A DNA stretch of 64,000 nucleotides. Origin: Octopus sinensis (taxonomy: Eukaryota). This document shows, one piece after another, positions 12,600 through 25,031 of this stretch. The stretch is taken from positions 10,354,001 to 10,418,000 of the forward strand of contig NC_043016.1 in assembly GCF_006345805.1 (NCBI RefSeq), in the 5' to 3' direction. Position 1 is the first letter of the stretch. Each line of letters begins with the position of its first letter. The translations under genes were made by a program, and so were the position numbers. The notes below the pieces were generated by a model. That model searched no databases and was not told where the DNA came from. It was given only the letters and a program-made list of their open reading frames with translations.

Positions 12600-13500
12600 G
12601 AACATACAGTCTGAAATGTAAGAGCCAGTCTTATCCAGCCTGTATATTCTACCTGTTTTATGTTCAATCTAACCAATTCCAGCCTCTCACCCTTGCTCTT
12701 CAATACCCTTTTAAGAATAATCACATCAGTGAAATTTCAAAGCTATAATGTGAATAAATAAGCATTACCTTTGACAGAGTAATCTGATTATTAAAGAGTT
12801 GATCCTCTGGCATTTAAACTAGCGATATCCTAAATGGTCAAACTGGCCTAAATCTGGTCAGTTCCGGCCAGCTAGGTAAGGTCTTTCTAAAGCTAACCAA
12901 TTACATCACCGCAGTCTCAAAGCTAAGAGATAATACATAATTAATTCAATACAATGTGAATAAATAAGGATTACATTTGACTGGATAATCTGAATATTAA
13001 TAGGATTGGCCCTTTAGCATTTAAACTGGCCATATCCTAAATATTCTGTTGTATATTCAAACTGGCCAAATCTGGTCAGTCCTGGCCTACCAAGTAATGA
13101 CTTTCTAGAACTAAAATATCACATCATCATCAAAATCTCAAAGCTACGAAATAATACATGATTAATTGATGACATTTGACGGAATAATCTGTGAATGCTA
13201 AAAAGTTAAACTGGCCTGGCCTAAATATTTTACCTGTTTTATGTTCAAGCCAGCCAGATCAGGCCTTTCACACCTACCCTTCAATATCATTCTACAAATA
13301 AACAATCACATCATCAAAATCTCAAAGCTATGAGATAATGTGTAATTATTTCAAAACGATGTGAATAAATAAGGATTACATTTGACTGGATAATCTGAAT
13401 ATTAAAGAGTTGATCCTTTAGCATTTAAACTGGCCATATTCTAAATATTCTGTTTTAAGTTCAGACTGGTCAAATCTGGCCAGTTCTGGCCTACCAGGCA
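12600..13500 (+). repeat. Tandem run of about 4.5 diverged ~200-bp piggyBac-like MITE units
   Basis: Recurrent (ccct)ttagcatttaaactggccatatc...aaatctcaaagctac/t...catttgac...taatctgaatattaaagagttga; a related dispersed copy lies at 59637-59822. Confidence 0.7.
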
Positions 13501-13676
13501 ATTGTATTTAGAGCTGTTGTTGGGACTTAACCTCAAGTCCCCGCTAATAGTACAAATCTGTAATTAATGACATCCCAGCTGTAATCACCAAAGATAAAAT
13601 ATATGCCATATGTCTTTGTTAAAAATAGTTTGATATTATTTGAGGAAGGTTTGGTTGTAATGTCCAGCAGAACCTT

Positions 13677-13848
13677 AACCATATTTTAACATGTATAAGG
13701 AGCCCTCTGATTTTTGGGGCTTAAAATTTGGAAAAAAGGTTTCGTAAGGGATTATAATACTATCCATGTATAAGAAACTCCCATATTTTTAACCTAATTT
13801 TTTATTTAAAAAAAAAGGGGGATTCCTTATACATGTTAAAATACGGTA
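13677..13848. mobile_element. MITE with ~30-bp TIRs (Tc1/pogo-like termini)
   Basis: accatattttaacatgtataagga ... tccttatacatgttaaaatacggta. Confidence 0.75.
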
Positions 13849-13887
13849 ATATATTACATTGCAACAAGTGTAGTGGGTATGAGTGTG

Positions 13888-14220
13888 AAGGCACATGGCT
13901 CAGTGGTTAGAGTGTTGAGCTTACGATCGTGAGGTTGTGAGCTTGAATCCTGGACCGGGCTGTGTGTTGTGTTCTTGAGCAAGAAAGTTTATTTTACATT
14001 GCTCCAGTTCACTCAGCTGTTGAAATGAGTTGTGATGTCACTGGTGCCAAGCTGTATCTGCTGTTGCCTTTCCCTTGGATAACACTGGTGGCGTGTAGAG
14101 AGGAGGCCAGCATGCTTGGGCGACTGCTGGTCTTCCATAAACAACCTTGCCCGGACTTGTGCCTTGGAGGGTAACTTTCTAGGTCCAATCCCATGGTCAG
14201 TCATGACTGAAGGGGGTCTC
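13888..14220 (+). mobile_element. tRNA-derived SINE
   Basis: A-box TGGCTCAGTGGTTAG and B-box-like GAGCTTGAATCC, then a gtgttgtgttcttgagcaag core. Confidence 0.75.
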
Positions 14221-14589
14221 AGTATGTGAGAGAGAGCGAGAGATCTTCAGGTCAAGTAACAAAGAGATATTTTTTCGGACATACATTTTCAATCTCACTA
14301 GGAAAAGTAAAACTTTACAGTTAAGTAACAGTTTTTTTTTTTTGCTTTTCTTTAGAGAAAGAGAACAATTTGACTATCGAAATTTATTAAAGCTTTATCA
14401 GGGATCTGTTTCTTATTTTCTAACCACAGAGACAACAGTAACACTCACAAACTAGAATGGGTCTAAACTGGTCTGCCTAATGTACATAACAAACAAAAAT
14501 TAACATGAAATAATTATCTGTTTTTTATTGGTTTCAATTAAACTAGCTTTCTGTTGGTTAAAACAATGAGGTTTTCTGTTGATTCAATC

Positions 14590-14855
14590 AATGAAACAAC
14601 TTGCTCATGAAATCAACAGGCAAGTGGCTGAGCCATCTTCAGACATGCATGCCCTTTTGCGTGTCTGAGTAGCGCTCAGGGATATTCAGCATAACACAGA
14701 ATGTGAAAAGGCTGACCCTTCGAATTACAAGTACTGCTAATTTTTACCAGCTGAGTGGACTGGAGCAATATTAAAGTGTCTTGCTCAAGGACACAACACA
14801 GCACTGGAAATCGAACTCACAACCTTATGATTATGTGCTAAATACCCTAACCACT
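14590..14855 (-). mobile_element. tRNA-derived SINE; its 3' part is related to the 31780-32195 SINE
   Basis: Minus strand reads ggattagtggttagggta...gagttcgatttcc...gtgttgtgtccttgagcaagacac, with a tail resembling 32030-32130. Confidence 0.65.
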
Positions 14856-14859
14856 AATC

Positions 14860-16260
14860 CATGCATGTTTAGTCTGTACAGTGCCACATACGCAGTGTAT
14901 TTGTTTGTACGTTGCAACATGTGTAATGTTTGGTCTGTACAATACAACATGTGGTACTTAGTTTGTACACTGCAGCATATGTAGTGCTTAGTCTCTACAT
15001 TGAAATGTATTTGATGTTTACTCTTTTTCTCTTTTACTCTTTTACTCTCTTTTACTTGTTTCAGTCATTTGACTGCGGCCATGCTGGAGCACCGCCTCTT
15101 AGTCGAGCAAATCGACCCCGGGACTTATTCTTTGTAAGCCCAGTACTTATTTTATCGGTCTCTTTTGCCGAACCACTAAGTGACAGGGACGTAAACACAC
15201 CAGCATCGGTTGTCAAGCAATGCTAGGGGGACAAACACAGACACACAAACATATACACACACACTTATATATATATACATATATACGACAGGCTTCTTTC
15301 AGTTTCCGTCTACTAAATCCACTCACAAGGCATTGGTCGTCCCGGGGCTATAGCAGAAGACACTTGCCCAAGATGCCATGCAGTGGGACTGAACCCGGAA
15401 CCATGTGGTTGGTTAGCAAGCTACTTACCACACAGCCACTCCTGTGCCTATTCAGTTTAGTCTATATGCTGTAACATATGTAATGTTCAGTCTGTACAGT
15501 GCAACATATGGGATGTTGAGGCTGTACACTACAGCATATGCAGTGTTTAGTCTGTACACTACAGCATGTGTGGTGTTTAGATGGTACACTACAGCATATG
15601 TAATGTTTAATCCATATGGTACAACATGTGTGGTGTTTAGATTGTACACTGCAGCATATGTAGTGTTTAGTCTGTATAGTACAACATGTGTGGTGTTTAG
15701 ATTGTACACTATAACATATGTAGTGTTTAGTCTGTATGGTACAACATGTGTGATGCTTAGATTGTACACTGCAGCATATGTAGTGTTTAGTCCATATGGT
15801 ACAACATGTGTGGTGTTTAGATTGTGCACTGCAGAATATGCAGTGTTTAGTCTGTATAGTACATATGTACTGTTTAGTTTATATTCTGTAACATATGTAG
15901 TATTTAGTCTGTACCGTGCAACATATGTGATGTTTAGACTGTGCACTGCGGCATATGTAGTGTTTAGTCTATACAGCACAACATATTTGGTGTTTAAGTC
16001 TGTATGCTGCAACACATGTAGCATTTGGTCTGTAAACTGCAATATGTGTGATATTCAGTCTGTATACGGGAACATGTCTAGCATTAAGTCTGTACAGTGT
16101 AACATATGTGGTGTGCAGCGCAACATATGCAGCATTTAGCCTGTGCACTGCAACATATTTTGTGTTTAGTCTGTAGAGTGCAGCATGTGCAATGTCTAGG
16201 TAGTACTTTGTAACTTGTGCAATATCTAATCAATATCTTGCAACATATGCGTTTATTATA
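14860..16260. repeat. 30-bp minisatellite with a 60-bp dimeric core, interrupted by a SINE
   Basis: Units such as tagtgtttagtctgtatggtacaacatgtg / tggtgtttagattgtacactgcagcatatg alternate over ~15540-15850; degenerate units flank both sides of the SINE at 15025-15445. Confidence 0.92.
15025..15445 (-). mobile_element. Full-length SINE family A
   Basis: Minus-strand head aggagtggctgtgtggtaagtagcttgctaaccaaccacatggttccgggttcagtccc with A/B boxes, a central CA/TA tract and an (AGTAAAAG)n tail. Confidence 0.92.
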
Positions 16261-16899
16261 GAATGTTGTTGAAGCAACATACAGTTCTTTTATGTGCACA
16301 TATGTGTGTGTTTGTTTGTGCAAGTATGCAAGAGGGTGTATGCACATATGTCTATGTGTGTCTGTGTGTGCTTGTATGCAAGAAGGTGTGAGCATGTGGT
16401 GTATAGATGGATATGTAAAGAGATAGATGCAAAATTATATTTGTATTGTTAAGAAGGTTTATCATTAAAAGAATAGAATGAAGCAGAAATTTTGTGTAAA
16501 CTTTGACATTCCCAAATTAAGCAAAGTAATTCTCAATTTAGGAATCATAATAGATCTCAAATTCAATTTGCCACATTCTTGTATTCGTGCTAAAATTCAT
16601 GACAATATTATTGTTCCAATTTTAAGCAATTACCTTTTATAAATATTAAAAAGAAATATTTTAATGGAAATGAGATAATGTAGAACTAATATAAATTATA
16701 TATATATATATATTATTTACAATATTTATTTTTATAACAGAAGGGTGGCAATATGGTTGTATTGTTAAAAATTTTCATTTTCAACCATATGGATTCAGGT
16801 TCTGTCTCACTATGAAGTGTATGGTTTATTATAATTCTGGGATGGCAAAAGTCTTTTAAGGAAATTCTACTTGACAGGCACTGGAAGAATAAGTTTGTC

Positions 16900-16900
16900 A

Positions 16901-16936
<36 letters not shown>

Positions 16937-17181
16937 CATACACATACATATATATTATATATATATATACATATACATATTATATATTATATACGTATAT
17001 ATATATATTATATACGTATATATATATTATATACATATATATATATATATTATATACATACATATATTATATATATATATACATACATATATATTTATAT
17101 ATATATATACATATATATATTATATACATATATATTTATATATATATATGCATATATATATATTATATACATATATATATG

Positions 17182-17212
<31 letters not shown>

Positions 17213-17240
17213 ATATACGTATATATATATATATATATAT
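16900..17240. repeat. (TA)n-rich microsatellite
   Basis: Directly visible. Confidence 0.95.
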
Positions 17241-17282
17241 AAAATTCTGTTGCTCCTGCTAGATATTAATAAACATAGAGGT

Positions 17283-17642
17283 GCAGGGGTGGCTATGTGG
17301 TAAGTAGCTTGCTTGCCAACCACATGGTTTCGTGTTCAGTCCCACTACGTAGCACCTTGGACATGTGTCTTCTACTATAGACTCAGGTTGATTTGGTACA
17401 CGGAAACTGTAAGAAGCCTATTGTAGATATGTGTGTGTGTGTGTGTTTGTCCCCCCCCCCACTATCACATGACAACTGATGCTAGTGTGTTTATGTCCCT
17501 GTAACTTAGCGGTTCGGCAAAAGAGAATGATAGAATAAGTACTAGGTTTACAAAGAATGAGTTTTGGGGTTGATTTGCTCGACTAAAGTGTTGCTCCAGC
17601 ATGGTTGCAGTCAAATGACTGAAACAATAGAAAGAATAAAAG
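17283..17642 (+). mobile_element. Near full-length diverged SINE family A
   Basis: gtggctatgtggtaagtagcttgc...gttcagtcccactacgtagcaccttgg...ccagcatggttgcagtcaaatgactgaaacaa. Confidence 0.85.
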
Positions 17643-17707
17643 GGAACATACATATAGTCATGTATTGAGTTCTATTTTTCCTGTTTGCATCAGCAAATCC
17701 CTATTTT

Positions 17708-17745
<38 letters not shown>

Positions 17746-17773
17746 TAGATGATAGACAGATAGACAGACAGAC

Positions 17774-17816
<43 letters not shown>

Positions 17817-17868
17817 TAGATAGACAGAGAGACAGATAGACAGACAGATAGACAGATAGATAGACAGA

Positions 17869-17949
<81 letters not shown>

Positions 17950-18239
17950 GATAGACAGACAGATAGATGATTGACAGACAGATAGATGATTGACAGACAG
18001 ATAGACAGATAGACAGATAGATAGACAGATAGATAGATAGATAGACAGACAGATAGATAGATAGATATATAGATAGATAGATAGATAGATAGATGATAGA
18101 CAGACAGATAGATGATAGACAGACAGATAGATGATAGACAGACAGATAGATGATAGACAGACAGATAGATGATAGATAGACAGATAGATGATTGACAGAC
18201 AGATAGACAGATAGATAGACAGATAGATAGACAGATAGA

Positions 18240-18332
<93 letters not shown>

Positions 18333-18590
18333 GATAGACAGACAGATAGATGATAGACAGACAGATAGATGATAGACATACAGATAGATGATAGACAGAC
18401 AGATAGATGATTGACAGACAGATAGATGATTGACAGACAGATAGACAGATAGACAGATAGATAGACAGATAGATAGACAGATAGATAGATAGATAGACAG
18501 ATAGATAGATAGATAGACAGATAGATAGACAGATAGATAGACAGATAGATAGACAGATAGATAGACAGATAGATAGATAGATAGACAGAC

Positions 18591-18622
<32 letters not shown>

Positions 18623-18675
18623 GATAGACAGACAGATAGATGATAGACAGACAGATAGATGATAGACAGACAGAC
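17746..18675. repeat. (GATA)n/(GACA)n microsatellite block
   Basis: Directly visible; contains recurring gatagacagacagatagat sub-blocks. Confidence 0.97.
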
Positions 18676-18867
18676 ATATATACGTGTGTCTGCTTATGTA
18701 TATAGATTGAAGTATATATATATTTATATATCTTTGTATAAAATATGGAAAGCTGGTTTCGTGTGTCTGTGAATGTTTAACAAAAACTACACTGAGCTAT
18801 GACTGCAGATGCTATTGTAGAGAACTACCAAACTAAATTTTTTTACTGTTTAGATCTCTCTCTCTCT

Positions 18868-18916
<49 letters not shown>

Positions 18917-20054
18917 TTCTGAGTTTAAAATCTCTCTTGGATTATCGGATAATGTAAATCTAGTACTACACGTTCTAATGAATATATTCTTCACTTATCG
19001 AAAATGGTAGGAATCAAGCTGAGGGAGATTTGGCTGCTATTTTTAGCAAGCTAATCTACCAAATTAAAGTCTCACTTGTGTTTAAAAAATAAAAAAAATG
19101 AAGTTCATTATTTCTGAAATTCACTTTGTAACCATTTCCAATATTTGTTATCATTGCTAGAAAAATGGATATTTTTTTTTTGAGCCAATATATCAATTTC
19201 TTTAAAATAATGAAATATCAATTGGAAATTAATATCAGAATTACAAAACAACACAATAAATAAAGAAATATAAGAAAATATATCAGATATAATTTGTTGC
19301 TATTATGTTAAACTGTCGTATGTCCAAATTTGGCCAAATATGTTTGTTTTTTTTCTTGCAATATTTATTTTTGCTTGCAATAGCTGGTTCTCTTGGTCAA
19401 ACTATTGTATCTCCAGATGCTTCAGATGCCAAGATATCAAAAATTATCAAAGTGTAGTTCAATGGTGGAACTGTTTTTTCGTTTTCTGAAAAACCAATTT
19501 TTTTTTATTTTTGACACTTTTGCATAACGGCAACGAATTGATTATCCACAAAATCTTTGACTAAAATAGAAGATGGTATTTATTCAGCCAGGTTGTTACA
19601 GTATGACATATTGCTAGCATAGGTTTAGTGTTGGCTGTGTGGTAAGAAGTTTGCTTCTCAATCACATGGTTCCAAGTTCACTCCTACTGCATGGCACCTT
19701 CTGCAATATCTTCTGCTATTTCTCCATATCAGTCAAAGCTTTGCAAGTGGATTTGACCAATAGAAACTGAAAGAAACCTGTCATATGTGTGTGTGTATAT
19801 ATATACATGCATGTATGATTATTCAGTTTTATTTCAAGATTTCTTGCCAATAGAGAAAGTGTCAGTTTATGACCTCCAAGGGTCCTTCATTGCAATTTCA
19901 ACAACATGAACCCTGAAAGAATGAACGGCAAAGTCAACCTTAGTGGCACTTGACCTCAAAACATAAAGAGTTGGAAGAAATCTTACTAAGAATTTTGTTC
20001 CTATGTGGTAATGATCCTGTTATCTCACAATCCTAATCATAATTATTATCTCAC

Positions 20055-20270
20055 AATCTTAATCCTTTCTATTAAATGCACAAGGCCTGAAATTTTGGGG
20101 GAGGCGACCAGTCTATTACATTGACCCCAGTGTTTCACTGGTACTTAATTTATCAACCCTTGAAAAGATGAAAGGAAAATTCAACCTGGGCAGAATTTGA
20201 ACTCAGAATGTGCAGACAGGTGAAGTGCTGCAAATCATTTTACCTGGCATGCTAATGATTGCCACTTTAA
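20055..20270 (-). mobile_element. Diverged SINE family B (variant with cctttctact/(AAT)n tail)
   Basis: cacaaggcctgaaattttgggggagg...ttgaccccagtgtttcactggtacttaatttatc...gaatttgaactcagaa. Confidence 0.75.
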
Positions 20271-21279
20271 TTCTAATAATTCACAAGCGCACACATATTT
20301 CATGGAGGAAATAATAATGGTAATGATATCAATAATAAGAATGAGAGTTATAAAATCAAATATTTGCTCAGGGATTAATAGAAGCTGTTACATTGGTCTG
20401 TCTGTTCGTACTATTTCTCTATCTGTGTACACGGTGCAGATAATTCTAATTTGTTATTGATAATGATTTCGCTCTGGGATTTATTTTTAACTCTTGTTTA
20501 TTCAGCTGGTTCTCCACAAGGACTTCTGAATCATGAAATGAACTATCTTCTTGTCAATTATTATTTCTCTAGGATATTTTCCTTCGTGTTTAATGATGTA
20601 AATCTTTTTTTAAAAAAATTTATAAAATTGATTTAAAAATCCCCATTATGTGTTAATGAATAAAATTTACAAAATGCAAGTGCTTAACAAAACATGGTGC
20701 TATTTTACAAATAGAATCATATGCTAGACGATATTTTGTGTTCAGACTTCTACTTTCTTAAACAGACACTCTTCAAAAAATGCATTTCAATGTTTTGGCA
20801 GGATATATTTTGATTTGAAATTCAAGTTAAATGTATTCCATATCATAGTTTAATATGTGGATATCTTGAAGTGGCATCAATAAGATTTTTAATTATTCAT
20901 TTATACACTTAAACCAAAACAAAACGAAAAAATATAAACAATATTTATTCTCATTCTAGAAAGTTTATGCTTAAGGGGGAAAGCAAGAATCAACAAAATT
21001 ACAATTGATTTGCTGTTAAGTAAATATGAAAAATTTGTTTAACTTAAGTCCATTGCCTTTTGCTAAAATGAAATTGTATTCCTAGACTCCTATGATTATT
21101 ATTATTATAATGATGATGATGATGATAGAAATGGTGTTGTTTAGTTCACAGGTTAATCATGAATGAATAAATCAACATCAACGATTAAAGGCATCCCAAT
21201 CCAGCCATGACCACACTGCTTGTTTGCTCTTTGTTTTCCTGTGAGTATATTATCCAACCAGTGTAGCTGATGCTGGTGC

Positions 21280-21700
21280 CGTGTAACTGACACCCATGCT
21301 GGTGGCACGTAAAAAGCACCTTTTGGGCATTGGGTCTCATGGAGGCAAGGTGGCCGGTGCCACTGATACATGAAAAGCACCTTTTGAGTATTGGGCCTAA
21401 CGGAGGCAATGATGAATGACCAAGACCATTGGTATTATGTCATGCTTGAGAAGATGACCCCATCAAGCTGAGAAAAATCGCAGTTGTGGCAGATTCCAGT
21501 GTCATGCAAATGGGACCTGTGCCAGAGGGATATAAAAAGCACCCATTACATTCTCAGAGTGGTTGGCATTAGGAATGGCATCCAACCATAGAAACCATGC
21601 CAGATCAGCCCAGAGTCTGGTACACCTCCTCAGCTTACTAGCCCTGGTCAAACAATCCACTCCATGGGCAACAGATGTTAAATAGTGATGATGATTATGA
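21280..21700 (+). mobile_element. RTE LINE extreme 3' fragment (ORF C-terminus plus family C 3' UTR)
   Basis: EAMMNDQDHWYYVMLEK-like residues at ~21402-21455 run into the family C tail ending gttaaatagtgatgatg. Confidence 0.6.
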
Positions 21701-23463
21701 TAAGATGTGATTAGCTGTTAATTCTAGCTGGTCAAGTGAATACAGAGATGCTCCCTTGTTGGTTCAGTATTTATTGCATGATTGTTGTTAGGTACAGGCA
21801 TTGTTGTGTCATTAAGAAACTTCTTAAATGTGTGGTTTCAGATCCAGTCCTACTGTGTGGAACCTTGGTCAAGTTTCTTCTACTACACTCTGGGCTAACC
21901 AAAGCCTTCTGACTGGAATTGGCTGCCACAAACTTAAAGAACCTCACTCTGTGTGTGTTCCAATAATATACATCTAATAAAATCTAATTCACAAACACAC
22001 ACACATTTCATGGAGGAGATAGTAAAGAGATTGAAAATTTTTAACACTTACACTGTTAAGGTCAGTTACTCTTGCTTAGACAACATTGTTTTTAACATTG
22101 CACACTACAGTATCCACAAATCCTACCAACTTAGCCAAGTACTCAATGTCAGTTTGTTGCTCCTGCTTAGAACTGATTATTTGCCTGCAATGAAGAGTTA
22201 CAATATCATCAAATGAAATTTGAACAGCCTATATCAGTTAATAAAACAATTTATGTTCACATTTGCATTAGTTTCTATGTAATCATACTGTGTGCCTGTG
22301 TATGTGTATATATATAATAAACACCACAGGCTTCTTTCAGTTTCCTCTTTGATAACAAAGAGCAGTTGTTGTATTTTTTTTATACCTACCAACTCTACAG
22401 AGCAGATAGTATTACTTAACTGTGCTGTTAGCTAATATCTAGTTATTTAATATTCAGTGTGAAATCAATTTGTAAGATTGGCTGAAATGGATCTATTATA
22501 CTGGATACTTTAAGTTTTATACACACACACACACACAGATAGGTAGGTAGGTGGGTGGGTTTGGGGTGTGTGGGTGGAGGGGTTTGGAGGGGTGGATGGA
22601 TGGATGTAAACCTATGGTTTTGATATACAAACATGTCAAATTTATTTTTTTTCCATAAACTGAAAACATAGCAAGCAGCCTTAATTGATTTCGAACCCTT
22701 ATTGGGATCTCATCAAGGGTTCTATATCATTTAACCAATCTCAGAGAAGCGAGTAGGCAATCTATTTATATACACAAAAAACCCAAGTAATTACATAGAC
22801 CTGGAACTATTAATTTTCATACTATAAGTGTTTAACATTCTAGTTGATATCAAGGGCCCGTTAACCCTTTTGTTAACAAAGGTTCCTTTTTTTAGTATTC
22901 TCATTTGTGAGAGCAGTCGAGTTTATTTCAGATATTGTCATCTTAAAAATTATCTCTGGCTAATCATTGAGAGAATGTTGGAGTTGCCTTGGCGGAGGTT
23001 TGTGCGCTTTGAGTGGTCTTGTTATTATTTTTTTTTATTTGTTTCAGTATTTTGTCAAAAATTACATATTCCAAACAAAACAAGGCTAACATCAATATCA
23101 ACCATTTCTCTTCAACAAACCAGTGAAGGACCTCTACATGGTCGCTTAACCCATTTGATAAAACATGAAAATTTCCCCCAAATCACACCTCACAGAAAAT
23201 AGGAATGAAATGTTGGACAATGTCTCAGATACACTTTGTCTGGGAAAGAGAATGGATGGTCAATCATGGGATGTCATTAATCACAGCCCTAATTAATCTT
23301 TACTCATTATTACCTTTGGGTGAAACAGCAGCAGAAACATCTCTTTAGTTTGATTGTTATATGTGTTTTCCAAATGGTCTTATTTGATCACCTGCATATG
23401 GCTTAGTGGTTAAGAGCATGGGCTACTAACCCCAAGTTTCCGAGTTCAATTCCAGGTAGTGAC

Positions 23464-23708
23464 ATCATCATCATCATCGTTTAACGTCCGCTTTCCGTAC
23501 TAGCACAGGTTGGATGGTTCGACCGGGGTCTGGGAAGCCAGGGGGCTGCACCAGGCTCCAGTCTGATCTGGCAGTGTTTCTACAGCTGGATGCCCTTCCT
23601 AATGCCAACCACTCCGTGAGTGTAGTGGGTGCTTTTTATGTACCACCGGCACAGGTGCCAGGGGAGGCTGGCAGCGGCCCCGATCGGTTGGTGCTTTTTA
23701 CGTGCCAC
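23464..23708 (-). mobile_element. Family C repeat nested in the composite element
   Basis: atcatcatcgtttaacgtccgctttcc...ggtgctttttacgtgccac. Confidence 0.88.
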
Positions 23709-23780
23709 CTGAATAATAATAATTATAATAACTTCGAAAAATACCTTAGGAATGAGAGCCCAGGTTTGAAATTTCTCAAA

Positions 23781-23826
23781 AACACCTGATGAAGGCTGGA
23801 GGGTATATCAGCTGAAACGTTGTGTT
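23781..23826 (+). ncRNA. Minimal type I hammerhead ribozyme motif with intact core
   Basis: AACAC-CTGATGA-A-GGCTG-gagggtatat-CAGCT-GAAA-CG-TT-GTGTT: stem I AACAC/GTGTT, stem II, palindromic AACGTT stem III, predicted GUU cleavage triplet. Confidence 0.7.
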
Positions 23827-24269
23827 AACAACAAACAAGATGAGGACAGATATCTGTCAAATGTAAATAATATATTTTTGTTTTGTTGGGGTTATTTCCT
23901 AATGGCAGTTGGTTAGTTTACTCCACTAATTTATTTGCCATTTATCATCATCAACCATGAATCTGCTGTTTCCAGTTGGCTAAACCAGTTCTGTTTACTG
24001 AGGTATTGTTTATTTTTGGTTGTGTTTATTTGTTTTCTTGCTAAGAGTTTTTGTCTTTTTTTATTTTCTGTGTCGTGGACGAAATATTAAGAAAGTCATA
24101 ATACAAGATAGGGAAAAGATCAAAACACTTTTGAGACATTTAGTGAAAACTGTGCCCGCATTTATCTGTTTCCATTCTACTGTAAAGATAGAATTAAACA
24201 ACAAAAATAATAATAATAATAATAATAATAATAGTAATAATAATAATAATAATCAACCTCGAAAGAATG

Positions 24270-24566
24270 AAAGACCTGGAAATAGAGGTAACCAGAATGT
24301 GGAATCTAAAAATAGAAACGATTCCTATCATTGTAGGTGCATTAGGCATGATAAAAAAATATTCAGACAAATACATAACAAAAACACCAGGACTTACAAA
24401 CACATATAACATACAGAAAATTGCACTACTGGGCACTGCACACATCCTACGCAGAACACTTTCCATACAATAACCATCAGAGCATCACAACAAATCACAG
24501 CACATACCCAAGGCACACAGAGCTGCGCTCGGTAGTGAAGTGAAAGCACGCTATAAAATAAAACTA

Positions 24567-24570
<4 letters not shown>
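24270..24570 (+). mobile_element. 5'-truncated R4/Dong-like non-LTR retrotransposon (RLE C-terminus plus 3' UTR) within (AAT)n
   Basis: KDLEIEVTRMWNLKIETIPIIVGALGMI...IQKIALLGTAHILRRTLSIQ* is typical of the RLE-domain C-terminus; (AAT)n lies on both sides. Confidence 0.85.
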
Positions 24571-24611
<41 letters not shown>

Positions 24612-24614
<3 letters not shown>

Positions 24615-24820
24615 CCTTTCTACTGAAAGCACAAAGGCCTGAAATTTGTGAGAGGTGACTAGTTGATTAGATTGACCCCAGTGTTCCACTGGTACTTTAT
24701 TTAATCAACCTCGAAAGGATGAAAGGCAAAGTCAACCACGATGGGATTTGAACTCAGAGCATAGTGACAGGCAAAATACCGCTATGCATTTCGTCCTGCA
24801 TGCAAACAATTCTAATAATA
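24612..24820 (-). mobile_element. SINE family B variant
   Basis: aatcctttctactgaaagcacaaaggcctgaa...aggatgaaaggcaaagtcaacc...ttgaactcagagc. Confidence 0.75.
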
Positions 24821-24991
24821 ATAATAATAATAATAATAATGTCTTTCATGACAAGTTAACACCCAGGTACTAAGGCTTATAATATGTGGAAAGAGATCCT
24901 GTGAGACCTCTGGCAACAGGTTGCTGTCTGCTCTCACAGAATCAACCAGAGCAAGTAAGTAAGACAGACAGCTCTAAGAAATAAAATATTG

Positions 24992-25031
<40 letters not shown>

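Larger units (their letters stand above)
23394..23872 (+). mobile_element. Composite repeat: tRNA-like head + (AAT)n + hammerhead-bearing 3' module, interrupted by family C
   Basis: A-box TGGCTTAGTGG (23399) and B-box GAGTTCAATTCC (23442); the head resumes at 23709 after the insertion. The same head-AAT-module order occurs at 47130-47405. Confidence 0.75.

Noticed and set aside
15444-16139. 231-aa ORF as a repeat protein gene
   Set aside because: It coincides exactly with a 30-bp minisatellite whose period is a multiple of three; there is no promoter, splice or homology support.
17658-18677. 339-aa and 229-aa minus-strand ORFs
   Set aside because: They are translations of (TATC/TGTC)n microsatellite; low complexity, no splice or domain evidence.
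23394-23463. Functional tRNA gene (also 13888, 31780 and SINE A/B heads)
   Set aside because: A and B boxes are present, but I see no complete acceptor stem or T-run terminator, and each continues into repeat body sequence; these are SINE heads.
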